DNA of 64,000 nucleotides, taken from contig OZ024740.1 of NCBI GenBank assembly GCA_964016885.1, forward strand, positions 366,234,001 through 366,298,000, written 5' to 3'. Below are positions 1-13,957 of this stretch, one piece after another. Within the stretch, counting starts at the first letter, position 1, and each line of letters opens with the position of its first letter. Both the position numbers and the translations under genes were made by a program. The notes under the pieces are model-generated. The model was given only the letters and a program-made list of their open reading frames with translations. It had not been told where the DNA came from and made no database searches. Source of the stretch: Eledone cirrhosa (Eukaryota).

Positions 1-71
1 TGCTAAAAGCCACTTATCGAAGGTCCTGTGCAATTTTAAGTTTCATACATTTAAACACACACACACTCACA

Positions 72-146
<75 letters not shown>

Positions 147-149
147 GTA

Positions 150-323
150 TGAGGGTCGACTGAAAAGTTCATATGCTGACCAAATGAGATTTCTTTTTCA
201 ACAGTCTCTGGAAAGAAATAATGTAGTTATTAATAAGAAAACATGAAATTAATGCATGCAAGATTCTACAGCTCTAGCATCACGCCTTCATAGTCAGCCT
301 ATAAACTTTTCCGACAACCCTCA
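150..323. mobile_element. mariner-type MITE with TIRs and TA target duplication
   Basis: TA|tgagggtcgactgaaaagttcata ... tataaacttttccgacaaccctca|TA imperfect terminal inverted repeats; a related copy lies at about 5501-5693. Confidence 0.7.
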
Positions 324-899
324 TATATACCAACATACAGATACATTCTGGTTTTTTTTTGGGGGGGGGGGGGGGGGGGTAAATACAGTCTGTTTGCTTT
401 TTACGCGAAGATGCGTTCGTGAACGCAGCGCGTAAAACAAATTCGCGTAATTCAAGTCTAAATTTTTGATAAAAAACTTTAAAAACCATACACATTATAG
501 TGCGTTATTAGTGTTTTTGTATAACTAACAGTAGTGCAATTTGTTTTAGCTAAAACAAGAAAATGCCTGTCTGTTGGACCATTTGAATCTATGAAATAAG
601 GATGGCAAAGAGCGCCACAACCAATTAACCCTTTACCAGTTCATGTACTACTTAGCATAGAATTCATTCGAATTTGCAGGCCAAATTACGCTAAATTATA
701 ATTTTTGATGCTGAAACAGAGGAAATGAAGGAATTATCCCGATAATAGATTAATTTCCTGCATGTTAGCTAAAAATACCAGAGCTTTTGGAACAAGTTAC
801 AACACAGATAACTTGTGATAGACACTCTAAAAATTAACTTAAACAATCTTTAAGCATATAGTATTGAGTGTCTTACGCATACATATTTGTACCCCACCT

Positions 900-1250
<351 letters not shown>

Positions 1251-4197
1251 GTGCTTGTATTTCAATGGTCACAGTTAATTATTGCAGATGTTTTTGTGTC
1301 GAAATCTTACAATTTAAAATCAGATTTATGAAGTCGAATTGAAGTTTCAAACACTTCTACATATTCTAAACTCCTGATAAATAAGAGTATATACAAAATA
1401 GAAGCCCAGCATAAATACAGAAGTGACGGAACTAACTTTCCAACACAAAAGAGGAAACTACGTAAACAGGTGCGCTATATACAAACCCTATATCATTCTT
1501 AAGAACCAGAAGCCCAATTGCTGCTCCAGTTCCAAATGCATGGTAATTCAACCGCTCTAAAAGTGTATGGGTAATTGTTAGCAAGCGCATTTTGGACGTA
1601 ATGAACCTGAAATTGATTAACACCACGAGACTAAAACAATGGAGCTGCAGCGCCACCACTACTGCGTGGCTTCATGGTATCAAACCATCCTAGTAATTTA
1701 CTAAATTTTATATAGTGAACTTTATCCATCTATCTCCAAAATCCCTTCTGAAAGCCCTGGAGAACGAGAGAAAATTTACATGCTTAGAGCCAGAATATAC
1801 TTCCGCCCCAAACAACAACCAATGCCCTACAAAGTTCAAGCGACCTACACTGAAATACTAATTCTACAATTGGAAAGTTTTCTCACATATAAAACCCCCA
1901 AATAATCCGGCTGTTTGACAAGAGCTTTGTTACGAATACTCTCCAACGTCTAACACGGAGCCGTTGTCTCTATACCCTGTCTTATCTACCACCATTACAA
2001 CAGTCTATGCTTACTCAAATATAGATAGTTGCATACAATTTCTATTTAATACACTGGTCTCTTCTCATCTCGTCATCTATACTGTGTTTCGATCTAACAC
2101 CAACAACTATGCTCACCATCATCATTCTCATTTAGTGAGGCCAGTCAAGACAACTCACAAATCCTCTCAAGAGTTCACGATCCTGCATTACCACTCCAAG
2201 GTTTCCACTTCATAGGCATAAATCTCTAGCGATGGTATAATTAAATTTATGGTATTTTATGATAGAAAAATTAAGGCAATGAGGAGTCCAATCTGTTGGT
2301 CATTGCTTAAGAGAAAAGATGAGCTAACTTCATCATTTGTCTTTCGGAGACCTCGACTAACTGATAGAAAGGCCACAACCATGCATGGTTCTTTCTATCC
2401 AGAACGTAAACCCTCTGTAATCCCCTTCTCATCCATGATTTTCTCTGGCAGGTATCGGTTTCCAGCTGTTCAAGCGAAACATCAACCGCATCAGTCTCGG
2501 AAGAAGTACGAAGGTTCTTGGCGCAGTCTCCTTTACTCAACCGAAACGATAAAAAGACCCAATGCTGCCTCCCATTTATAAGATGATGGTAAGGTGTTAT
2601 ATGAAGATTATTTGACTGCTATTTCTAGCATGTTGAGTGACAAAGTTGTGCCCCTCTCCCCAGATGAATTGGAAGGCTTTTATAACCTTTGGAGGTAGCA
2701 AATTCATATGGGATTTTGATTGAAGACGAAGACTTTCTGTGCTAGTGCCCTTTCTGTAATAAATCTTAAGTAAATCCGTTTTTCTTTCATTCTAAATTGA
2801 AACCGCTTTTGTAAATCCCAGGGACCCACATCATCTCCTTTGTATTCCTTTGAATTTTCTACCACTGTTTTTTCACTGCATAGCTTTTAGCTGTTGAACA
2901 CTGTGGTGAGATTAGCGTTTAATTAATTATATCTGCTCCGATAGAAGTAATGTTGACTGAACATACTTAACGTAAAGATTTCAGATCACTTGGCATTGAT
3001 TTGAATAGTTCTTGGCAGTAGTATCACTTGGAGTTAGAATTGATTCTCTGGTACATTGGCTTTATTTTGGAATTTATGTCTTTGGCATACAATAAGCATA
3101 ATATTGATTGTATGTTTTCTTTTAAGTACGCAGAAAAGTCAAGTATTTTTGGAAAATGAAGAAAGAAAGCAAATTGTGGCGTTTATGCCTTTCCCTAAAT
3201 CTTTGTTAGCATAAAAAAAGGTGGCGAATGGAATGCCTTACAATATTTGCCGTTGGGGCGTCGGAGAATGCCTTGAGAGTTTGTATTGACTCTCTATGCA
3301 CTGAATTCAAATCTCACCGAATTCAACTTTGCCCTTCATTATTTTGGGTTCGATAAGGGCGATGGAGTGGCAGTATCGATAGAGAGTCGGACAAAATGAT
3401 TCGTAGCATAGATTTACGGTTTTTTATGTTCTGGGTTCTAATCCCGCTGAGGTCAGCTTTGCCTTTCATTCTTACGGGGTCGATAAAATGAAGCACCAGT
3501 AATGAACTGGGCTCGATTTGATCGACTTTTCCCCTCTCCTGGGATTGTTGGCCTTGTGCCTAAATCAGAAACCTTTATTTTGTGTTCGATAAATAAAATA
3601 CCAGTCAAGAGCGATGGATTGCTGGAATTGGTAGAACGTCAGATAAGATAACTAGCGGTATCTGGTCCTACTTTTTGAGTTCTGAATTTATATTCTACAT
3701 TTATCACTGACATTATCATGGCGAGATGGCGAGAAACTCCGATAAAGGCGATATGCTTCTCATGTCAGATAGACTAATATGTCGATTGTAACAGCATCCA
3801 CTGACGAGCTATAACTGTAATATGAATTCTTCACATAGCGAAACATAATTCTATTTTGAACATGGATGTCTATAATTATAATGGTCGGTTTGTACATTTT
3901 GATTTATTCTTTTAATTAATTTGTATCCACCGTTCCATCAGTAGTTAATATGTACATCACCCTGGTGGTTTTATATCCCCTATAAAATATATATATTTAT
4001 GTGTATTTCTCTCCTTACTGTTTTATAAAGAGCTCGGAATTTGTTCCTTGAATGTAGGGGATTATGGAGTGTTTTTAACTCCACATTTTGATATATATCT
4101 ATCTATCTAGGGCGGGTCAATTCCCGAGATCCATGGACGAGTTCTCTCCAGCGGTCTCTGTCCCTTATTATCGCTGCCATGTCCTGCGTCTCCAACA

Positions 4198-4255
<58 letters not shown>

Positions 4256-4552
4256 AAAAAGGGTGGGGTGGAGACGTCTGAGCTAGTGGCTAGAGCGTTT
4301 GATTCTTGAGGTTGCATGTTTGATTCCTGGATCGGGTGATACGTTGTGTTCTTGAGCAAGACACTATATTTCACGTTATCCAGTTTACCCAGCTACATAA
4401 ATGCGTTGCGATGTCTCTGGTACTATTTCCTTTGCCTTGGACAACATCGTTGGCTTAGAGAGGAGAGACTGGTATGCATGGGCAGACTTGTGCTTCGGAG
4501 GGGAACTTTCTAGGTGGTAAACACTTAGTCATTCGTGATCGAATATATATAA

Positions 4553-4703
<151 letters not shown>

Positions 4704-5059
4704 TATATATATATATAGAAGAAAGAGGGGCTGTGTAGTTGGTGGATAAGGTGTATTTATGAATAAGAGGAAAACACGAACGGGAGATAATTTTCCTTCA
4801 TCAGTTGTCTGCTGGGGATCATGGATATTTCTACGCATTAAAGGCAAGATATCTAGCCCCAGTGCGTCAATAACTAAGGGAAGTTATTGGGGAAAAGGGA
4901 GAGAGAGAAAAAATAAGGAAAAAGGGAAGAAAAAGGAAAAAAAACAGCGAAAGAAAGGAAAACAATATACCGAAGAGGGAAACCCGAAAGCACATGTGTG
5001 TGAGCAACTCGAATATATGCATGTATATACATGTATACATACACAAATAAACGCGCGCG

Positions 5060-5165
<106 letters not shown>

Positions 5166-5500
5166 TATATATAGAATGAAGAAAATCCTTGGTGCAGTAA
5201 AATACATTTGAAACAATGATAAGAATGACTTTCCTGGTGGCTGTTATTCTTTAATGATCTAAGAATAATGATTAAAAAATAATGACCACCAGAAAAATAA
5301 TTTATCATTTGAGTTTATGTAAATAAGTGTGTTTGTTTGTGTGTGTGCGTGTGTATGTGTGTGTTACTTAGAATTGGTTATAATGGATAAAAAGCAGTCA
5401 ACTGGAAACCACCAGAAAAATTCCACTTGTCATGGAATTCACTCTGGCCTGACACATTTGTCTGTTACTCAAGATCACAATTTGAAAAGGAAAGGTATAG

Positions 5501-5693
5501 ACGATGGTCAGTTGAAAAGTTCATAGGCTGGCAGGTACACCCATGGAATGACAAAATGAGTTTTTTTTTCAACATAGTCTCTGGAAAGAATCAATAAAAT
5601 TATTTAATAAGAAGAGTTGAAATTAATGCAAGCAAGATTTCACAGCTCTAGCATCCCTCCTTCATAGTCAGCCTATGAATGTTTTAGTCGATT
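5501..5693. mobile_element. second, more decayed copy of the mariner-type MITE
   Basis: Shares gaaaagttcata, tctctggaaagaa, gaaattaatgca and cagctctagcatc..ccttcatagtcagcctat with 150-323. Confidence 0.65.
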
Positions 5694-7674
5694 GGTTGAA
5701 TTGATATGTAAATGACCAATACTTTGCTTATTGACTCTCGAGAATTGAAAGTTAAATCAACTCTGATTGGAGTTGAACTTGGAATCTGGAAGATGACACA
5801 AACTCATGCAATGAATTCAGTCCGGTGCTCTACAAACTCTGTAATTCCTCATGTTAATATTGATCTCTAATTGAAGCGCAGGGTCAGCAAATTTGGGGAA
5901 AGGACAAAATTGATTAAATCAATCGCTGCAATTGACTGGCAGTTTATTATATCAGCTCCAGAAGGATAAAAGGCAACGTTGACCTTGGCGAGATTTGAAC
6001 TCTGTATGTAAAGAGCCAGAATTAATACGTTCAATGGCATTTTATCCGACGCCCTACAAGTTCAGCCAATCCATCAACCTTCTCCTCGTTAATATTAATA
6101 AATAATTTTATATAAACACAAAGCCTCAAATTTAAGTGATTGGCATAGTCAATTATCGACTCCATGTAATTATTTTACCGAGCTCAGAAGGATAAATTGT
6201 ATCTTACCGGAATTTGAACTCAGAACTTAAAGTATCGTTACTAAATCCTGCCCTATGAGTATACTCTTTGTTGTATTTTAATTGACAGGACTCAGTGCAG
6301 GGCTTTTTTTTTTAGTACCAAAACATATCTTTTTAAACTGCAAGGATTTCAAAGATTCTCACAATGACACAAATTTATCGAGAAAAAGTAAGTATAGTGG
6401 ATTAAATTGATCAAAATATGACTGGTACCTATTTTATCGATCGAAGAAGAACGAAACGTTAAGTCAACCCGTATGAAATTTGAACTCAGATGTTGTGGAG
6501 TGAAATCTACTACTTGATATTTATTGTACTTCAGTGAAATTGAAATTCGAGCTCAAATTATAATATAGATTTTATCTGATTAACCATACTTATGTATCTT
6601 AAAGGGGAATTGCGATTGTTGTTCTAATTTCAGATCCCCACTCAGATTTGGGTTTATGAAAATATCTATAACTTATTAATTAGAAATGTCAAACAGAAAA
6701 AAAAATAAAAATAAAAATTAAACTATATAAACTCTGAAAATTTTCAACCAAGATTTCTATTTTATTTTTGTAACATTCTCGCGAAAGAAAGTTGCCTTTA
6801 ATTAAAGAACATCCGATAGAATGCCTTGTGCTATTCGTTGCAGCTCCTTACGCTCTGTGTTCAAACACCGTGGTAGTCAACTTTTCCGTTCATCTTTTCA
6901 GGGTCGATAAAAGAAGTACCAGTCCAGCACTGGAGTCGATTCTTCCTCTATCTCTCTTTCCAGTCTCCTCTGGAAGAAATCAGCCTTGGTCAGACCTAGA
7001 GAGGGATGGGCTCTCCACAAGGTTTAGAATACCGAAGACATGTCATATGTTACTACGGCGCCCCTAAGACTCAACCAGGAGTTAAGGGTTCCTACATACG
7101 TACAATAAAAGGTCAATCGGCTCAAGATCCTTTTTACCTTTCTTCTTCAAACAGATTTTTAAGGTTTCTTTTTTTTTAACTAGAAGATAAATAAATGTAC
7201 ATGTAAATAAAAATACAGTATACTGCTAAGTAAATATATACATACTATGCCCCAGTTCTTTGATTGTAACTACAGACATAAAAGTGTTATTAAATTAGCG
7301 TAATTGCGCCTAAGAAAATGTTAATATCTTGGTACTTATTCACCTTTGTAATCCTTGTATTTATCTAGGTTCTTTTAAGAATCTACTCGCCATCCTTGCC
7401 ATATCAACAAGCAAGACGATTCTAATTACTGATAGTTGTTTTAGACTGTTTTTTTCTTCTTCTTCGTCTTTACCTAAAGATTTCTTGATTAGGGAACACG
7501 TATTAGAAATGTTATCAAGATTATTTGATTCAAAGACGAGAACATTCACGTACACTTGTTAACCTTTGTATCATTTTTTATTCATTATGTATCTACCGTA
7601 GTTACTTCTTTTACTTTTGATATGATTTACTACAGTGATTCAGAACTCAATGCACATGCCACACAGGAGAGTAA

Positions 7675-8152
7675 TTTGAATATTTGGGAATGAAAAATTT
7701 CCTAAATCGTTTTAACACCAAACATATATTTATCGTGAGTTGAGTCATCATTTTGTCGTGATGGAGCATGAAATAAAACAGGCTAAGAACCACTGATCTA
7801 CTAGCAACGTCTATCACAGTAGCGAAGCTGAGCGGTTCAGTCCACTCCGGGCAACCCTTTTATGAGGGCGGCACTTTAAAAAAGAGTTACTGGGCAATAT
7901 TTGGTATTTTTTGTAAAGGGCGGAGTGGCGGCAAACTCAATGGCTGCACCGAGTGCCGCCTTCATAAAAGGGTTGCCCGGAGTGGACTGAACCGCTCAGC
8001 TTCGCTACTGTGATAGACGTTGCTAGTAGATCAGTGGTTCTTAGCCTGTTTTATTTCATGCTCCATCACGACAAAATGATGACTCAACTCACGATAAATA
8101 TATGTTTGGTGTTAAAACGATTTAGGAAATTTTTCATTCCCAAATATTCAAA
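7675..8152. repeat. near-perfect inverted duplication (arms about 7675-7875 and 7952-8152, 76 bp spacer)
   Basis: tttgaatatttgggaatg...tatgagggcggcact is the reverse complement of agtgccgccttcata...cattcccaaatattcaaa; one mismatch noticed. Confidence 0.95.
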
Positions 8153-8277
8153 ATGATCTGAGTTCAAATCCCGCCGAGGTTAACTTTGCCTTTCATCCTT
8201 ACGGGGTCGATAAAATAAAGTACCAGTAATGCACTGGGATAATTGCTGGCCTTGTGCCAAAAGTAGAAATAATTATT
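8153..8277 (+). mobile_element. 5'-truncated tRNA-derived SINE (family 1)
   Basis: gatctgagttcaaatcccgccgagg...tcatccttacggggtcgataaaataaagtaccag...agtagaaataattat matches the 3' two-thirds of full copies. Confidence 0.9.
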
Positions 8278-8297
8278 TTTGTTTTAATAATATAATA

Positions 8298-8800
8298 TAC
8301 TAGCAGTGGTACCCGGCGTTGCACGGGATAAGGTATTGTGAAATATATAACCGCCTTAGCTAAGCTTAGTATTGCCACAACCACGGCTGGCAAAGAAGTA
8401 AGGGTCTGGTGGTACGTAGGTAAGCAACACTGTGGCTTAAAACGTGAGGAAGAAGTTGTGTGCACTTACCAACTGTTTGGGGAATGAGTGTGAGATTTGT
8501 CTTGAGCAAGGGTGGTAGAATAACCGGAGGTAGCAGACAGCCAGACATACAGACAGATATTAAAAGGGCGCGACGTTATATGTATGTATCTATCTAAAAA
8601 GAGAAAGACTAAGAATTATAGAGAGAGATCGCTAAATCGCCTAATGCGGTCCCTAGGGCATTGAAAATTTGAAATTGTTTTTGCTCAGAACAGTCCCTGA
8701 AACATAAGTATTACATGTGTAAAGTTGGAAAACAGTCGGTTGGGTGCTTCTCGAATTCACACACACACAGACAGACATCTTCAGTTTTATATATATAAAT
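8298..8800. mobile_element. possible non-autonomous Helitron/Helentron-associated (DINE-1/HINE-like) element
   Basis: Starts tactagcagtggtacccggcgttgcacggg (short hairpin) and ends acagacagac...ttttatatatata, the typical layout of such elements. Confidence 0.5.
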
Positions 8801-8849
8801 AATGTCATTAATTATAATACATAATAATAATAGTATAATTTTCTATTTC

Positions 8850-9062
8850 AGAGCTCCTACAGTTTGGAAGAGAGGCTGCTTGCAAGTGTATGGACACATG
8901 GTCGTGTGCATTCTAGCAAGAGCATGGAGGATGTGCAACATGACTTCACTGCAAGATTCGGCAAACCAGCTCCTCCGAAGTGGACGATACTGCGATGGGA
9001 ACATAAATTGTTTCTCATTACTTTTTGGTAGGGGGTGACAAGACTTTCGGACCACCCTTACA
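8850..9062 (+). pseudogene. Tc1/mariner-superfamily transposase N-terminal fragment followed by a TIR-like end
   Basis: Translates SYSLEERLLASVW...EDVQHDFTARFGKPAPPKWTILRWEHKLF (HTH region, DUF4817-like); ends gactttcggaccaccct. Confidence 0.55.
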
Positions 9063-9164
9063 ACGAGTAGGACTGTGTATCTAAATCAGTGATTTTCAAA
9101 CAATATTTGTACACCCGGCGGCGCACTAGCATAATTCTTTCTGGGAAGTAATTTGTGGGTATTT

Positions 9165-10250
9165 TATTTTATCGACCTCGGAAGGAGGGAAGAAAAATTT
9201 GATTTCGAAAGGATTTGAACTCAGAAAATCGTAACTAAATACCACTAAACATTTCGTCCGACGCACCACCAATTCTGCCCATCCACCACCGTGAGCACAA
9301 GTATAATGGTTTTTGATTTAGGCACAAAGCCAATCATTTTTTTTTTGAGGTGGGGAGTCGAATATATCGACCCAGTACATTATTGGTGCTTTATTTTTAT
9401 CCTGTAAGGATGAAAGGCAAAGCTAACCTCGACGGGATTTGAAATCAGAACGTAAGCGGACATAACTATATGCTTCAAAGCATGGCGTCTGATGCTCTAA
9501 CAATACTGCTAATCCACCACCCTCTTGCGCCCCAGTATAAATATTTCTGATTTAGGCACAAGGCCAACAATTTTGGGGAGGAGAAAGTTGATTAAATGAC
9601 CCCAGTGTGTTAGTGGTACTTTATTTTATCGACCCCGTAAGGATGAAAGGCAAAGCTAACCCCAGCGGGATTTGAAATTAGAACGTAAAGGGCCGTAACT
9701 CTATGTTACAAAGCATGTTGTCCGACGCTTTATAAATACTGCCAATTCACTGCCCTTGCGCCCAAGTTTAATGGAAATATTTTGGCGCAATTTGGGCATA
9801 TACTTTAGTTTATCAATATAATTTAATCAACAGAAAATTATTAAGAACTTCTTTATTTAATAAACTGGTTATAACACAAATTTTCATATTTGGGAATATT
9901 ATTTTCTGTGAATTGGCAATATCGGTAGAGGGTTGGACGCCATGCTTTCTAGCATAGTTACGTCCCTTTACAGTCTGAGTTCAAATCCCGCCGAGGTTAA
10001 CTTTGCCTTTCATCCTTACGGGGTCGATAAAATAAAGTACCAGTAATGTACTGGGTAATTGCTGGCCTTGTGCCTAAAGTAGAAACAATTATGTTCTTAT
10101 AATTACAACATAGTAACGTCCCTTTACGGTATGAGTTCAAATCCCGTCGAGGTTAACTTTGTCTTTCATCCTTACGGAGTCGATAAAATAAAGTACCAGT
10201 AAGGCACTGGGTAATTGCTGGCCTCGTGCCAAAAGTAGAAACAATTATTT
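9165..10250. mobile_element. cluster of about five family-1 SINE copies (three on - at 9165-9756, two on + at 9910-10250)
   Basis: Repeated B-box gagttcaaatccc and core gcctttcatccttacggggtcgataaaataaagtaccag in both orientations. Confidence 0.9.
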
Positions 10251-10944
10251 TCTTATAATTACATTTAATACCCTATTTTAGAAAACAACAGATAACATGA
10301 AAATCTTATAAATGTTATACATATTTCATTGTATAATTTGAGATTAGTTGTAATAAGTTGCATAAGAAAATTAATAAGGTTTTTGTATTTTTCAACAAAT
10401 TTGTCATTCGGCCAAAATTTTTGACCACGGCGAAATACATTTTGATCGAACATGTGCTTAATTCACACACATGTGCGTACAAACATATATGCTTGCGCGC
10501 GCGCGTGTGTGTGTGTGTGCGTGTGTGTGTGTGTGTGTATATATATATACTTCTTGGACAGTCAGCTTCCTGATGATTTCTCATGAATGAAACAGTTCTA
10601 GTCCTGTAGAAGCTTTTCTATATTAAAAAGAAAAAAAAATATATATATGGGATAACAAATTATCGTTATAGGTAATCCAGTTAGAGGTTGTGAGTACTCT
10701 GTATTGTGGATAGTTTTAACGTATATATATATATATATAGAGAGAGAGATAATATAAAACGCAGATTTACAGTCTTGCTGATTACTAATATAAATGTTTC
10801 TACTTTTGGCACAAGGCCAGCAATTACCTAATGCATTACTGGTAACTCTATAGTGCAAAGCATGGTGTCTGATCCTCTAGCGATACTGCCAAATAATAAA
10901 TTCTTTTAATGATATTGTTTTTAACTCTATAATATAATGTGACA

Positions 10945-11580
10945 TCAGTATGATGATAATGATCATGCTTATTGAGAGGGTCGTCGGGGCAGAGTCCTTA
11001 AACACTCCTACTAGCGGGTCCTGTCAGAATCAATCGTCTCCAACTGATCCGGCTGGATCCCCAAGCGAGACCAGCCAAGCTCATGGATGTTATCCAACCA
11101 TCTTGCACGGGGTCTACTCTACTATTAGTTTTGCCCGTAAAATCTGCCCGTAAAATCTGCCCAGCGATTCTTTCCTGAGACATTCTATCCACATGCCCAT
11201 AATATCAGAGCTGTGATCTCTCGATTAGGAAAAGTAGCAGCTCTACCTAGTGTGACTCTCTGATCATCGAGCTACGCAATCTATCGAGTAAGTTTATTCC
11301 AAAGACTCTTCGAAGGAACCCCATTTCGGCCACTTGTTTTTGCAATCGCATTCTTTCAGTCATTACCCAAGATTCATGACCATAGGTAAGGGTTGGCATG
11401 AATACCAAATTAACAATAGTGAGTTTTGCTTTATACCTACCCCCCTTCTGATTACTGAATGCTGAGACATGTAGAGTGCATAGCGCAGGCTTCCTTGAGA
11501 GGACGAGTGTCTCAGTTTTCGCAACACTGATTTTCATACCAGCCATGCAGCATAATGATACTTTAATCAAAACTTTTGTG
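10945..11580 (-). pseudogene. RTE-clade LINE 3' fragment
   Basis: ORF 11247-11570 has MKISVAKTETL and PTLTYGHESWVMT...AEMGFLRRV, typical RTE RT C-terminal motifs. Confidence 0.8.
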
Positions 11581-11699
11581 CTGTTATTCTTTGTGTAAGT
11601 ATATAAGCCCTACCCCCAAAATAAGCCATAGTGCTTTTTTTTAAATGAAATATAATAAGCCTTGTCTTGTAATAGGGGAAATACGATATATATATAGCC

Positions 11700-12205
11700 G
11701 TGGTCATGTCTAACGTAATATTACCACCCAGCGAAGTCTTTCAAATCATGCTTCACACCGCATTCATGTTTCAGATACTCTGGCCCACTTAAGTAAAAAG
11801 TTATTGTTGCCAGAGAGGCACAGACATATTCGGGTGTAGGCATGAGGAGGGGAGGGAGGGTGGGTGGTGGTATCCAGAATTTTGGGGGGAATTTGTACAG
11901 GTACCCTTTGAAATGTATGGGATCTTTTTCACTCATGTTGTATTTTGGTATGGCATTAATGAGAGCAGGATCATTTGAGGTGAAATAGTTTTGTCGTAAC
12001 ATTATGTAATATGATTTTTGTAGGGCTGTTAGCACGTGAACCAAGTCTTGGGTGGATTTCCACGTTGGACAATGTTGATGGAATATTTTCCACATGATAT
12101 AAATGATCAGTGTTAATGGTTTTCTTGGCGATTCCAATATTCAAGGCCTGTCATGCCGTCTATCGTTTTAGTAATTGATCTCTGGAGTGATTCAGTGTTC
12201 ATAAA
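11700..12205 (-). pseudogene. CR1/L2-like LINE 3' fragment, related to 54008-56597
   Basis: Shares gcgaagtctttcaaatcatg, tggcccact, cgggtgtagg and ttttccacat blocks with 54050-54540. Confidence 0.7.
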
Positions 12206-12259
12206 ACAGTAGAACCTCGGTTCACGAACTTAACTTGTTCCTGAAGACCGTTCGCCATA

Positions 12260-12472
12260 CGAAACACATGGTGTAAGACAAAACAAAGGAAAGACACAAA
12301 ATAACAAATTAGTCACTGAGGAGGTCACAGAATATGTGACGAAAGAGCTTTGACAATAAACAACCATCCAGTTATTAAATAAAAAAATTGGAAATTTGTA
12401 ATGAATTGAAATGAAAACCAACAGGTGCGTGTGTTTTTATTGGCAACATGACCCCCCCCCCCTATATATATA
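12260..12472 (+). mobile_element. solo PLE 3' end (pLTR) related to the element at 26868-29825
   Basis: agtcactgaggaggtcacagaatatgtgacgaaag and ggtgcgtgtgtttttattggcaacatgacc match 29615-29650 and 29775-29805; followed by (TA)n. Confidence 0.85.
12311..12354 (+). ncRNA. type I minimal hammerhead ribozyme motif
   Basis: gtca-CUGAGGA-g-gucaca[gaaua]ugugac-GAAA-gagc-UU-ugac. Confidence 0.75.
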
Positions 12473-12664
12473 TATAATATATATAATATTATTCAAAATA
12501 TTAATAAATGAGAAATATTATCATAACCAAAGTATATATTTTATCATACATATTTCAAAGGTACAATGGTGTTTCAGTACGTTTTCATCAGATAAAATAT
12601 ATAAGAGATTGGTTATACGACATACCACTAAGGTCTTGAATCTTCAATTCCTGTAACGCATAAA

Positions 12665-12850
12665 ATAATTGTTTCTACTTTAGGCACAAGGCCAGCAATT
12701 ATCCAGTACATTACTGGTACTTTATTTTATCGACCCTTAAGGATGAAAGGCAAAGTCAACCTCGGCGGGATTTGAACTCAGATCGTAAAGGGACGTAACT
12801 ATGCTGGAAAGCATGGCGTCCGACCCTCTACCGATACTGCCAATCCACCG
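12665..12850 (-). mobile_element. full-length family-1 tRNA-derived SINE with target-site duplication
   Basis: A-box-like tggcagtatcgg and B-box gttcaaatccc on the - strand; flanked by the direct repeat cataaaataat. Confidence 0.92.
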
Positions 12851-13457
12851 CATAAAATAATATTGTGTTTACAGAAAGAAACCTCCCTTAAGTACTTAAA
12901 TTGACAGTCTCACAATACCTAAGTCTACGCGAACGCTTGCACGTAGACACACGAATGTGTGCAATAAAAAGAATAAAATAAAACAAAATAACAAGATAAA
13001 AAACCAGAACGTAATTGTTTCTTATTTCTCTTTTTGTTTTTGAAATTCTGTCTGAAGCAGCAAATAATCTACAAACTGGTTATTTAACGGAATGTCTGAA
13101 CAAAATAGAATATTCTGATAAGACTGCAATCAGCCAACTCGGTTACAAAACAATAGCAGAACATCTTAGTAAGTGGATTAGAACATAATGAACGTAGCTA
13201 AATGAAGGTGTAAAACTTGATTTAAGGAAAAAAATGAAAAAAAACGAAATAGGAGAGAAAGCTTTATATAAACGGAGCTGTTTTAACAGATATTTTTTTA
13301 ACAAATAAACAGCTTTTGAGTTCAGCCACCTTTACCTTACATTTCTGATGACGGGTTTCTTGAATCTATTTCTTGATTTATTTACGGATGGGATTCCGAT
13401 TCCATCATTCTCTCTCTCTCATTCTCTGTAATCATACCTATATTACATTTACCTTAG

Positions 13458-13513
<56 letters not shown>

Positions 13514-13690
13514 TATATATATATATAATTACATGTATATGTATATATATATATATGTATATGTATATATATATATATGTATATGTATATATATATGTTC
13601 AGCGCATCGGTAGAGGTTCTCCTACATGGATATAAAGTAGTGGCCGTACTCGAAAACGAGTTGGCAGCCACCATATATATATATATATAT

Positions 13691-13800
13691 TCGAAGTGGA
13701 GAAGGTACATATTTATTTCATATAGAAATCATTTCTACAGGACTAGAACTGTTCATTCGCTTGAAATCATCGACAATGATACAGTTCTAGTCATGTAGAA
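13691..13800. mobile_element. miniature palindromic PLE footprint in a (TA)n tract
   Basis: Arms ttctacaggactagaactgt / acagttctagtcatgtagaa; left arm has about 42 bp extra; same family as 10570-10625 (ctgatgatttctcatgaatgaaacagttctagtcctgtagaa) and 25531-25586. Confidence 0.65.
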
Positions 13801-13865
13801 GTTATATATAGTATTAATATATAAGAGAAAAAAGAATCAGTGTTGCATCATGTACATATTTAATT

Positions 13866-13957
13866 ACATATTACATATGTTTCACTGTCGATCAGCTCGA
13901 GGAATGATCTATTAGTGATCGAACCTGACTCTGGAATCGGAAGCTCCTCAGATATGT
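13866..13957 (-). ncRNA. type I hammerhead ribozyme motif with an extended stem II
   Basis: Minus strand: acauau-CUGAGGA-gcu..(about 55 nt)..agu-GAAA-cauau-GUA-auaugu; 6-bp stem I and palindromic stem III ACAUAUGU. Confidence 0.75.

Noticed and set aside
4718-4890. CUGAUGA plus stem on the - strand within an imperfect inverted repeat next to (TA)n
   Set aside because: No GAAA follows the stem and the arms are poorly matched; may be an old footprint but is not supportable.
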